Source: an uncultured Acidobacteriota bacterium (GTDB lineage Bacteria > Acidobacteriota > Thermoanaerobaculia > Gp7-AA8). Taken from it: a stretch of 64,000 nt of DNA. This document shows, in pieces, positions 44,818-53,448 of the stretch. Below the pieces are notes generated by a model, which saw nothing but the letters and a program-made list of their open reading frames with translations, was not told the origin of the DNA and ran no database searches. Numbering within the stretch: position 1 is the stretch's first letter; each line of letters starts with the position of its first letter. The translations under genes were made by a program, and so were the position numbers. The stretch lies in assembly GCA_963741955.1 (NCBI GenBank), contig CAVUKB010000001.1, positions 449,417-513,416 on the forward strand, read 5' to 3'.

Positions 44818-46290
44818 ATGACTGCAGACGTGCACTCCACATCCTCGATCCGCAATCGTCTCTTCATCGGCGGCGAGTTCGCCGATGCCGCGTCGGGGGA
44901 GACGTTCATCTCCACCAACCCGGCAACGGAAGAGAAGATCTGCGACGTCGCGTCCGCCGGACCGGAAGACGTCGATCGGGCGGTGAGGGCCGCGCGAGCG
45001 CAGCTCGAGCCGGGATCCGAGTGGCAGAAGATGAAGCCGCGCGATCGGGCCAAGGTGCTCTGGCGTCTCGCGGATCTGCTGAGCAGCAACGCCGCGGAGA
45101 TCGGGCGCATCGAGACGCTGGACAACGGAAAGCCGATCTTCGAATCGCAGTACGTCGACACCCCCGCCGCCGCGGAATGCCTCTACTACTTCGCCGGCTG
45201 GTCGGGGAAGGTGACCGGCGAGACGATTCCGGTCCAGGAGGGAGCGTTCACGTACACCATGCGCGAGCCGGTGGGCTTGGTCGGCGCGATCACTCCGTGG
45301 AACTTTCCTTTGATGCTCGCGGTGTGGAAGATCGCCCCGGCGCTCGCGTGCGGCAACACCCTGGTGGTGAAGCCGGCGACGAACACCCCTCTCTCCATCC
45401 TGAAGTTCGCGGAGTACGCGAAAGAGGCGGGCCTCCCTGCGGGGGTTCTGAACATCGTTCCGGGGCGAGGGAGCGTGGTCGGGAATGCGATCGTCGACCA
45501 TCCCGGTGTCGATGCGATCGCGTTCACCGGGTCGACCGAGGTGGGACGGCAGCTGATGGCGCGCGCGGCGAAGACGCTGAAGAAGGTCGCCCTGGAGCTC
45601 GGAGGAAAGTCGCCGAACATCGTCTTCGCGGACGCGGACCTGGATGCGGCTGCGAAGGGAGCGCTCAACGCGATCTTCTACGGCAAGGGAGAAGTCTGCG
45701 CCGCGGGGTCACGTCTTCTGGTCGAGGAGGGAGTGCACGACGAGCTCATCGAGCGCGTTCGCGATCGGGCCGCCCGGATGGTTCCCGCGGATCCGCTCCA
45801 CCCCAAGACCCGGATGGGAGCGATCGTCTCGAAGGAACAGATGGAGACGGTGCTCGGCTACATCGAGGCGGGAAAGTCGGAAGGAGCGAAACTGGTCGCC
45901 GGAGGCGAGCGGGCGGACATCGGAACCGGAAAGGGATACTTCATCCACCCGACCATCTTCGACGACGTCGAACCGGGGATGCGCATCGCGCAGGAGGAGA
46001 TCTTCGGGCCGGTGCTCGCAACCGTTCGATTCAGTGACTTCGAGGATGCGGTGGCGAAAGGGAACTCGACCGTCTACGGACTCGCCGCCGCCGTCTGGAC
46101 GCGCGACGTCTCGAAGGCACACCGGATGGCGAAGCTGATCAAGGCCGGGACGGTCTGGGTGAACACGTACAACCTCTACGATCCCGCGCTCCCGTTCGGC
46201 GGATTCAAGGAATCAGGCTTCGGCCGGGACCAGGGTCGCGACGCGCTCGACAAGTACACCCAGACGAAGTCGGTGTGGGTGAGTTTGTAG
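44818..46290 (+). CDS. NAD-dependent aldehyde dehydrogenase
   Basis: PWNFP, FTGSTEVG, LELGGKS, GEVCAAG, EEIFGP, PFGGFKESG. Confidence 0.95.
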   Translation: MTADVHSTSSIRNRLFIGGEFADAASGETFISTNPATEEKICDVASAGPEDVDRAVRAARAQLEPGSEWQKMKPRDRAKVLWRLADLLSSNAAEIGRIETLDNGKPIFESQYVDTPAAAECLYYFAGWSGKVTGETIPVQEGAFTYTMREPVGLVGAITPWNFPLMLAVWKIAPALACGNTLVVKPATNTPLSILKFAEYAKEAGLPAGVLNIVPGRGSVVGNAIVDHPGVDAIAFTGSTEVGRQLMARAAKTLKKVALELGGKSPNIVFADADLDAAAKGALNAIFYGKGEVCAAGSRLLVEEGVHDELIERVRDRAARMVPADPLHPKTRMGAIVSKEQMETVLGYIEAGKSEGAKLVAGGERADIGTGKGYFIHPTIFDDVEPGMRIAQEEIFGPVLATVRFSDFEDAVAKGNSTVYGLAAAVWTRDVSKAHRMAKLIKAGTVWVNTYNLYDPALPFGGFKESGFGRDQGRDALDKYTQTKSVWVSL

Positions 46291-46371
46291 AGGCGCAGAA
46301 CTTAATTCTGTAAAATGCTTATTTCAGAGAACATTTTGCTTCTAAACGCGCCAGGGGCAGAATAAAAGTCT

Positions 46372-46508
46372 GTCGGACTTGTCGGACCGGTCGGACCCGT
46401 CGGAGATAGCCTCGCTCGCCGCTCGCCGCTCGCCCTCGCCGCTCGCCTCTCGCCTCTCGCCTCTCGCCGTCTCGCCGCTCTCGCTCGCCTCTCGCCTCTC
46501 GCCTCTCG
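46372..46508 (+). repeat. short tandem repeats: GTCGGA at 9-bp period x4, then CTCGCC(T/G) heptamers
   Basis: GTCGGA at 46372, 46381, 46390 and 46399; degenerate CTCGCCT/CTCGCCG run 46411-46508. Confidence 0.85.
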
Positions 46509-46546
46509 AATGATTCCCCCCTTCTCACTGTTCTCGCACCCCGACC

Positions 46547-46837
46547 ATGGACGACTTCGACCACATCCATCCGGCCGTGCTGAGGCTCAAGACCATCTGC
46601 CGCTGCAACAACATCAAGTACCGGACGATCGAGAAGGCGATCCTCGACGGCGCCCGCACTGTCCGTGAGATCGCGGCCCGAACCACGGCCACCACCGGCC
46701 ACTGCGGGGGCTCGTGCACTCCGGTGGTTCTCGATATGATCTCCAGGCTCGCGCCGGCGGAGCGGAATCCGCCCGCGACGGCGCCGGCGCCGGACGAAGA
46801 CGCGTGGTGGATCCGGAAGCCGCCGGAGGAGAAGTGA
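46547..46837 (+). CDS. BFD-like [2Fe-2S] protein
   Basis: ICRCNNI...AILDGARTV.EI...TGHCGGSC. Confidence 0.82.
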   Translation: MDDFDHIHPAVLRLKTICRCNNIKYRTIEKAILDGARTVREIAARTTATTGHCGGSCTPVVLDMISRLAPAERNPPATAPAPDEDAWWIRKPPEEK

Positions 46838-46839
46838 CG

Positions 46840-47193
46840 ATGGGGAAGAAAGTCGAACTGTGGCTCAAGCCGGGATGAACGTCGTGCCGCAAGGCAGTCG
46901 ATTACCTGGAAGGTAATCCCGCCCTCGACGTGACGCGACACGACCTCGGGAAAGAGCGCCCGCCGCGGGAGCTCCTCGCGCAGCTGGTGCGCGAGTATGG
47001 AATCGATCAGGTTTTCAACCGTCGCAGCACGGCGTTCAGGAAGCTCGATCTCGCCGGCCGGGAGCTGACGGAGAGCGAGGCCATCGACCTGATGCTGGAA
47101 GAACCGAATCTGATCCGTCGTCCCCTGGTCCTGCGCGGGAAGAAGGCGGTCTTCGGCTACTCCCCCGACCAGTACGACGAGGTGCTCGGTTGA
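46840..47193 (+). CDS. ArsC/Spx-family redox protein, probable selenoprotein (UxxC)
   Basis: ATG 46840 with GGAGG RBS; MGKKVELWLKPG-TGA(46876-46878)-TSCRKAVDYL continues in frame into ORF 46930..47193 (FNRRS, PNLIRRPLV, FGY). Confidence 0.82.
46900..46918 (+). promoter_or_regulatory. candidate bacterial SECIS hairpin
   Basis: GATTACCT-GGA-AGGTAATC, perfect 8-bp stem with a G-led loop starting 29 nt after the UGA. Confidence 0.6.
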
Positions 47194-47468
47194 TCATCGG
47201 GGTCACGTTTCCACTCGCGGCGATCGTGGTGATGCTCTGGATTCTCTGGAGTGATTCGATTCGCCCGCGGAAACCTTCCCGGATTCTCTACTTCGTCCGG
47301 GTGGTACTCTATCTCGTCACGTCCGGTGTCCTCCTCTACAACATGATCGAGTACTCTCCGCAGTATTCGGGAGGCGCACGCTCGGTCACCATCTTCGCCG
47401 CCGTGGTCGGCGTCGGCGGAGCGGCGTATTTTCTCCGCCAGGCCCTGCTTCGGCGTCCGAAGATCTGA
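47190..47468 (+). CDS. small three-TM membrane protein
   Basis: Three hydrophobic segments; TTG start overlaps the upstream stop. Confidence 0.65.
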   Translation: MIIGVTFPLAAIVVMLWILWSDSIRPRKPSRILYFVRVVLYLVTSGVLLYNMIEYSPQYSGGARSVTIFAAVVGVGGAAYFLRQALLRRPKI

Positions 47469-47483
47469 CCCTTTTCAGGTTTT

Positions 47484-47499
47484 CGTGATCCAGCTCACA
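47484..47499. promoter_or_regulatory. CRP/FNR-family binding site
   Basis: CGTGA-TCCAGC-TCACA, one mismatch to TGTGA-N6-TCACA. Confidence 0.6.
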
Positions 47500-47532
47500 C
47501 TCGGAGGGCGATCACCGCGGTAAAACCTCTCC

Positions 47533-47601
47533 ACAACGAATTGAAAATATGCGGGACTGCTGGGGAGGGCAACCGGGGCCGTCGCCGGCCCCGGCCTTTT
47601 T
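47533..47601 (+). ncRNA. putative ~70-nt small RNA or leader
   Basis: -10-like TAAAAC at 47521, CRP-like box at class II distance, intrinsic terminator at the 3' end; TSS inferred. Confidence 0.4.
47573..47601 (+). terminator. intrinsic terminator
   Basis: CCGGGGCC-GTCGCC-GGCCCCGG followed by CCTTTTT. Confidence 0.75.
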
Positions 47602-47703
47602 CCTCTCCCCCCCGCGGAATTGGAACCGCTCTCGCACGCGTTCCGGGACGGCAGTAGAATGCCGCCCGGATCATTTTCGATGCGACTCTGCGCCGGTGAT
47701 CAG

Positions 47704-49227
47704 ATGCGCTCGTTTTTCTCTGCGATCATAGTCGTCCCACTCCTCGTGGTGACGGTTGCCCGTGCTGCGTGCGGAGCCACCTACATCGTTCCCGACGACC
47801 GCACGTTCGTCGAACAGGCCGATCTGATCGTACGCGGAACGGTTCTCGTCTCCTCCAGCCGCTTCACGGACGAGGGAGGAATCGTCACCACCACCGAACT
47901 TTCGGTCGACGAGATGCTGAAGGGTCGCCTCTCCGGATCGCGGATCACCATTCAGGAGAGCGGCGGAGTGGCGGGAGGTCTCGCTCTCGTGATTCCGGGA
48001 ACGCCGCGCTTCGCTCCGGGAGAGCGCGTCCTCCTCTTTCTATCCCGCACCCGCGACGGGGTCTGGAGCACGCTCGACCTCGGGCTCGGAAAGTTTCAGT
48101 TCGTTTCGTCCCCCTCGGGGGACCTCCTCGTCCGCACGGGAGGAGACGGCGAGTCGGACGTCTTCGGTTTTGCGTGCGACGGATCTGCCTGGCACGAGCC
48201 GCTCCGCGACGCTTCCGGATTTCTCGAGTTCATCCGTGACGTCGTCGCAGGCCGTCCACCCGCCGAGCCGGGTTACACCCGACCGGCGGCTCCGGACTGC
48301 GGGGACTCCGGCCGCTCCGCTGCGCTTCAGCAGCAGTACCCCCCATCGGCGTACGTCATGGACATCAGCGGCGTCAAGGCTCGCTGGGAGATCTTCACCC
48401 CTCCCACACAGGAAGTGATCTTCCGGACCCGCGGAGCTCAGGAGGGGGAGCCCGACAGTCTCGGAGCGGTCGACCAGGGTCTCGCTGCGTGGACGAACGA
48501 CCCCGACTCGACCGTCCAGTACAGGCGGGAAGGAACCACGAACGCGGTTCAGGCATTCAAGAGGTCCGACGGAATCAATTCCGTTCTCTTCAATGACCCG
48601 AGCGACGAGATCGACGGACGTTTCACCGGTTCCGGGACCCTCGCCACCGGTGGCTTCTGGGCCGACGACCAGAATACTCACATGTACCGCGGCGAGAGGT
48701 TCGCGACGATCCTCGAGGCGGACATGGTGATCCAGAACGGAATCACTCTGAATCAGACCGATTTCGCCGGCGTTCTCGCGCACGAGTTCGGGCACACTCT
48801 GGCCATTCGTCATTCCAACGAGGGAGTTCCGTCGTCGAACTCGGCTCTGATGTACTCCTACCTCACTCCCGGGATGGGTCCGAATCTGCAGCCGTGGGAT
48901 CGCGATGCCGTTTCGACGGTCTACTCCTCCTGCATCCTCCCGGCCGTCACCATGCATCCGGCGTCGATACCGGTCGAGAAGGGTCAGAGCACCACTTTGA
49001 AGGTGGTCGCATCGGGGACTCCGCCGCTGGAGTACCAGTGGTTCAAGACCGACGGCACCACGGTCCAGATGGTCGACGGAAATTCACCCCAGTTCACGAC
49101 CCCCCCTCTCCAGGTGACCACGAGCTACTTCGTTCGCGTATCGAACTCGTGCGGAAGCGTGGACAGCGCCGTCGCCACCGTCTTCATCGTCGGACCCCGC
49201 CACCGCGCCGTCCGCGCACCGCACTGA
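47704..49227 (+). CDS. secreted matrixin-like zinc metalloprotease with Ig-like domain
   Basis: Signal peptide; HEFGHTLAIRH, ALMY Met-turn; Ig domain GTPPLEYQWF...YFVRVSNSCG. Confidence 0.88.
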   Translation: MRSFFSAIIVVPLLVVTVARAACGATYIVPDDRTFVEQADLIVRGTVLVSSSRFTDEGGIVTTTELSVDEMLKGRLSGSRITIQESGGVAGGLALVIPGTPRFAPGERVLLFLSRTRDGVWSTLDLGLGKFQFVSSPSGDLLVRTGGDGESDVFGFACDGSAWHEPLRDASGFLEFIRDVVAGRPPAEPGYTRPAAPDCGDSGRSAALQQQYPPSAYVMDISGVKARWEIFTPPTQEVIFRTRGAQEGEPDSLGAVDQGLAAWTNDPDSTVQYRREGTTNAVQAFKRSDGINSVLFNDPSDEIDGRFTGSGTLATGGFWADDQNTHMYRGERFATILEADMVIQNGITLNQTDFAGVLAHEFGHTLAIRHSNEGVPSSNSALMYSYLTPGMGPNLQPWDRDAVSTVYSSCILPAVTMHPASIPVEKGQSTTLKVVASGTPPLEYQWFKTDGTTVQMVDGNSPQFTTPPLQVTTSYFVRVSNSCGSVDSAVATVFIVGPRHRAVRAPH

Positions 49228-49250
49228 TCCTCCCGGCGAATACCTGTACG

Positions 49251-49374
49251 CGACCCCCGACCCCCGACCCCCGACCCCCGACCCCCGATCCTCGATCCTC
49301 GATCCTCGATTCTCGATCCACGATCCACGATCCACGATCCACGATCCTCACGATCCTCACGATCCTCACGATCC
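49251..49374 (+). repeat. graded heptamer/nonamer tandem array
   Basis: (CGACCCC)5, (CGATCCT)3 plus CGATTCT, (CGATCCA)4, (CGATCCTCA)3. Confidence 0.9.
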
Positions 49375-50037
49375 CTTCAGGATCTCGATGATCAGCGGCT
49401 TGAGCCCGTTCATCACGAACTGCACGCCGATCGCGCCGAGGAGAAGCGCCATCACCTTGGAAAAGATCAGACGCCCTCGTTCGCCGATCACGTGAGAGAT
49501 CGGAACTGCAGCGAGGAGCGTCAGCCAGCTCACCACTCCGACCGCGACGATCCCGACGATCACTCCGAGCTTGTTTCGCAGGTGCGGGTAGAGGTTCACC
49601 AGCACCATGGTGGACGTGATCGCCCCGGGACCCGACAGCATCGGGATCGCCAGCGGGACGACCGCGATCGATGCCGGGTCGAACTCGGCGCGTGCGAGGT
49701 CTTTCCCGTCGACGGCTGCGGCGGCACCGTCGCTCTTCCGGTCGAACCGATGCTCGTCTTCGATCAGGGTGCGGAACGCGTTGGCGAAGAAGATGATCCC
49801 TCCCATGATCTGGAAGGCGGGGACGGTGATTCCGAAAAAGCGGAAGACGTAGTTGCCGGCGAGGAGAAAGACCAGAAGCACCGCCGTGGTCGACGCCCCC
49901 GCGAGGAGGGCGACCGTGGCGCGCTGCTGCCGGCTCAGTTCTTTCGTCAGCGCGACGAACGACGGCACCACGGCGAGCGGATTCACCATGGTGATCAGCG
50001 CGGCGAACGACAGGAGCGCGATTCTCCACAGAGGCAT
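49366..50037 (-). CDS. MarC-family membrane protein
   Basis: VNPLAVVPSF, FQIMGGII, VPLAIPMLSGPGAI, MALLLGAIGVQF. Confidence 0.92.
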   Translation of the reverse strand: MPLWRIALLSFAALITMVNPLAVVPSFVALTKELSRQQRATVALLAGASTTAVLLVFLLAGNYVFRFFGITVPAFQIMGGIIFFANAFRTLIEDEHRFDRKSDGAAAAVDGKDLARAEFDPASIAVVPLAIPMLSGPGAITSTMVLVNLYPHLRNKLGVIVGIVAVGVVSWLTLLAAVPISHVIGERGRLIFSKVMALLLGAIGVQFVMNGLKPLIIEILKGS

Positions 50038-50116
50038 GGGCGCGGAAGTTTACCGGAAACCCGGGATTTCTCACACTGTCCCGAGCCCGGCGACGCGTGC
50101 GAATGCGGCCAGGGAT

Positions 50117-50163
50117 CCCAGGACTGCGTCCCGGGCTATTGTCAATCGCCCCTACGGGGCTCT
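50117..50163 (-). repeat. solo copy of the REP-like unit that is arrayed at 59381-59795
   Basis: CCCAGGACTGCGTCCCGGGCTATTGTCAATCGCCCCTACGGGGCTCT is the reverse complement of the array unit. Confidence 0.85.
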
Positions 50164-50187
50164 CCCCCGACCCCCGACCCCGGGGGC

Positions 50188-53100
50188 TCAGACCTCTTCC
50201 AGCGTGTCCGCACTCTTGCCGATGTACCAGAGAAGCCCGCGGCACGCCTCGCCACTCATCCGGCTCACCGCGTCGCAATAGTCGCGCACCTGGCGGCGGT
50301 CCGTTTCCAGCCGCTCCGCATCGGCATCGCCACTCTTGAAATCGATCACTGTGAGGCCGCCGTCGTCGACGAGGCGATCGATTCTCCGTTCGCCGAGCCG
50401 CCCTTCCGCGTCGCGTATCCAGAGGGTCATCTCGCGGCCGATCAGCGGTGGGCCGTAGACTCTCCCCAGGTTGGGTGATTCCGCGACTCTCTGCAACCGG
50501 TCGAGGACGTCGTGCGCGATGGAAGGGACGGAGCCGGACTCGCGGGCGAGCTTCTCGACCAGATCGGGCAGCGATTCGCGCTTCCCGTCCCAGCATTCGA
50601 GGACGCGGTGCAGGAGGATCCCGAACCCGCGCCGCTTCGTGCCGGCGCGTTTCTTTGCGACCGTCGCACGATCGAGGGGCGAGGCGATCAGTTCGGTCCG
50701 CGCCCGATCCGGAGTCACTTCGGCTCGAGCCGCGAGGATTGCGATCTCCGGATCGGCCAGTCGTGGCGGAGCCGATTCGGCAATCTTCGGTTGGACGTAC
50801 TCGAACGCGAAGCGGACGGCGCTTCCTCCCACGTCGAGATCGCGAACCTCGACGCCGGGCTCGGATGGCCACCACGCATGCATCTCGTCGGGATCGATCG
50901 ACGTCGCCTGGACGAACGATCGCCAGAATCCTGCGTTCCGCGGCTTCTCGCCGCAGACGAACACGACCTGCTCGCGCGCTCGGGTCACGGCGACGTAGAA
51001 GAGACGCTTCTCTTCTTCCGTCTCCCGCTCCTTCGCGATCTCCCGGATCGAGCGGCCGGCCGAGCGCGCGAACATCGAGCCGAGAGTCTCGACTCTCCCC
51101 TGAAACGCGATTCTTCCGATGCTCTCGACCGCGACCAGGTCGATGTTGCTGCTGCCGTTCCGGGGAGAGAGGTCCGGGAGGATCACCGTGTCGAACTCGA
51201 GACCCTTCGCCGAGTGTACGGTCATCAGCACCACCGCATTCGCCCCCTCGTCGATCCAGACCGGTTCCGCGTCGTCCGCTTCGAGCTTTCGCGCGGTCAT
51301 TTCGGTGACGAAGCGCGCGAGTGATCCGCCGTCGGAGTGGTCGTATTCGACCGCGATCTCGAGAAGACGCTCCAGGTGTGCGATCGAGCTGCTGCCGTCG
51401 CGCGTCGCGGCGAGGAGAGTCCGAATGTCGCTCTCGTCTGCAATGATGCGGGCCAGCGCGCCGACCGTGATCTGCCCGGATGCACGGCGGTATCTGGCGA
51501 GCTCCTCGAGTACCCGGTCGTATGCCGGTACCGCTCCGCTGCGCCGCCCGGCGGCGAAGAACGCTGCGATCTCGTCGTCCCGGAGCGCGAAGTACGGCGA
51601 TCGTGCTGCGGAGATCTCCGCCGCCCGGTCGAACGGAAATGCGATCGCGCGGAGGACCGCGAGAAGATCCACCACCGCACGACGCTCGAGGAGTGCCTGG
51701 GCGGGCGGCATGATCGTGGCGATGCCGCGCCGCTCGAGCGCGTCCGCGTATTCGAGCATGTGCTTCCGGCGCCGCAGGAGAATCGCGAAGCGCCGCAGAT
51801 CGCTCGAGCTCTCGCTGCGGTGCTCCTCGATCCATGCTGCGATCGACTCTGCTTCGGCCCGGATCCTTTCCGACTCGTCTTCGCCGCCGGGGGCGCGAAG
51901 GACCACGAACGGGACGTCATCGCGCGCCGGCCGCGTCGAGCGGGCGTCGAGATCGGCGTACGCGGGACGGAAGACATCGGGGTCGAGTGACCGTTCGGAG
52001 GGGAAGAGATTCCCGAAGAGCGCGTTGAATCCTTCCACCAGATCGCGGCGGCTGCGGTACTGGCCGGTGAGGGCCTGGATCTCCGCCCCTTCCTTCTCGA
52101 AGCTCCGGACCGTCGCTCCATACGTCTCCGGGTCGGCGCGACGGAAGCCGTAGATCGACTGCTTCGGATCCCCGACCAGGATCACCCGTCCCGGCACGAG
52201 ACGTCCGCTCGTGTCGCGCGAGAGTCGCTCCACGATCCGGGCCTGGATCCGGTCGGTGTCCTGAAACTCGTCGACGAAGATGAAGTCGTAGCGGCTGCGT
52301 GCCGCCTCCAGGATCTCGGGATTCTCGAGAAGGTGGTCCGTGCGGATCAGAAGATCGTCGAAGTCGACGATCCCGAGGCGGTTCTTCTCGCGGTCGAGGG
52401 TGGAGAAAAAGCGGAGCGCCAGCTGCTGGAACGCGAGCGCCGCGCGGTGACGCAGCAGCCGCTGGTGAATGGTTCTCGGGGTGTCGAACGGGTTTCCTCT
52501 CTTCAGAAACGTGAACGGCTCCCTGAGCGATCCGACCTTCGCGACGTTGACCTTCGAGAGCTCCTTCGCGACCGGATCGAAGGTGCGGATCCACGCTTCG
52601 AGATCCGGCCGTTCAGGCTCCGCGGTCGCCCGGACGTACTCGATGATCGCGAGCGCGGCGGGACACTTTTCGGCGAGCTCTTCGCAGCTCGCAGGATCGG
52701 CTCTCCGCAATTCGTTCAGAGCGTCGCGGATCTCCGCATCCGCCTCTTCGATCCCCCCGATCGAGTAGCTGCCGTCGGCGAGGAGATCCCGCCGCGACAG
52801 AAGCGCGAAGATCGACGTGCGGAGTGCGTCGAGCTGGCCGAAATGCCGGAAAACCGTCGTCCACTGGTCGTACCGTTCGGGCTCCGGCGACTCGGTTGCG
52901 GTCTCACTGTGGACCCACTGATCGTAGATTTCCTGGTAGCGTCGCGATCGCTCGAATCCCTGGACCAGCTGGAACTGCGGGTCGACTCCGGCCTCGACGG
53001 GATGCAGCCGCAACAGACCCTGACAGAACGAATGGATGGTCTGCGAGCGCAGCTTGTCGAGGCGCTTCACGTGCGAGCGCGCGGCATCGCGCGCACGAGC

Positions 53101-53448
53101 CGCGTCGGAGGGAGGGATGGAGACGATCGGCTCACTGGACGTTGCGGGCCAGTCGATCCGTTCGCCTTCGCCGGCGGCGATCGTCATCACCGCTTCGCGG
53201 ATCCGCTGCCCGATCTCGCCCGCGGCCTTCTCGGTGAACGTGATCAGAACGACCCGCTCCGGAGCGAGCGTCGCATCGCCGAGGAGGAGCCTGAGGACTT
53301 CGCCGACGATGCGCGTCGTCTTCCCGGTTCCCGCGCCCGCCTCGATCACCAGATTCGCACGGGGGTCAGGTCTCGATTCTTCCGGCGCCGGTTCGATCGC
53401 TTCGCCGAACGGAAGGAGTGCCTGCCCTTCTTCCATCTTAGGGCTCAC
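50188..53448 (-). CDS. addA: AddA-like UvrD helicase-nuclease
   Basis: AGAGTGKT, TFTEKAA, TIHSFC, VDEFQDT, GDPKQSIYGFR, MTVHSAKGLEF, YVAVTRA, IDFKSG; GTG start overlaps the upstream stop, GGAGGAGG RBS. Confidence 0.85.
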   Translation of the reverse strand: MSPKMEEGQALLPFGEAIEPAPEESRPDPRANLVIEAGAGTGKTTRIVGEVLRLLLGDATLAPERVVLITFTEKAAGEIGQRIREAVMTIAAGEGERIDWPATSSEPIVSIPPSDAARARDAARSHVKRLDKLRSQTIHSFCQGLLRLHPVEAGVDPQFQLVQGFERSRRYQEIYDQWVHSETATESPEPERYDQWTTVFRHFGQLDALRTSIFALLSRRDLLADGSYSIGGIEEADAEIRDALNELRRADPASCEELAEKCPAALAIIEYVRATAEPERPDLEAWIRTFDPVAKELSKVNVAKVGSLREPFTFLKRGNPFDTPRTIHQRLLRHRAALAFQQLALRFFSTLDREKNRLGIVDFDDLLIRTDHLLENPEILEAARSRYDFIFVDEFQDTDRIQARIVERLSRDTSGRLVPGRVILVGDPKQSIYGFRRADPETYGATVRSFEKEGAEIQALTGQYRSRRDLVEGFNALFGNLFPSERSLDPDVFRPAYADLDARSTRPARDDVPFVVLRAPGGEDESERIRAEAESIAAWIEEHRSESSSDLRRFAILLRRRKHMLEYADALERRGIATIMPPAQALLERRAVVDLLAVLRAIAFPFDRAAEISAARSPYFALRDDEIAAFFAAGRRSGAVPAYDRVLEELARYRRASGQITVGALARIIADESDIRTLLAATRDGSSSIAHLERLLEIAVEYDHSDGGSLARFVTEMTARKLEADDAEPVWIDEGANAVVLMTVHSAKGLEFDTVILPDLSPRNGSSNIDLVAVESIGRIAFQGRVETLGSMFARSAGRSIREIAKERETEEEKRLFYVAVTRAREQVVFVCGEKPRNAGFWRSFVQATSIDPDEMHAWWPSEPGVEVRDLDVGGSAVRFAFEYVQPKIAESAPPRLADPEIAILAARAEVTPDRARTELIASPLDRATVAKKRAGTKRRGFGILLHRVLECWDGKRESLPDLVEKLARESGSVPSIAHDVLDRLQRVAESPNLGRVYGPPLIGREMTLWIRDAEGRLGERRIDRLVDDGGLTVIDFKSGDADAERLETDRRQVRDYCDAVSRMSGEACRGLLWYIGKSADTLEEV

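Noticed and set aside
46930-47193. 87-aa ORF as the complete gene, or a pseudogene
   Set aside because: It lacks the N-terminal redox motif; the upstream in-frame ATG, RBS, UGA at the Cys position and hairpin favour Sec recoding, although a nonsense mutation is not excluded.
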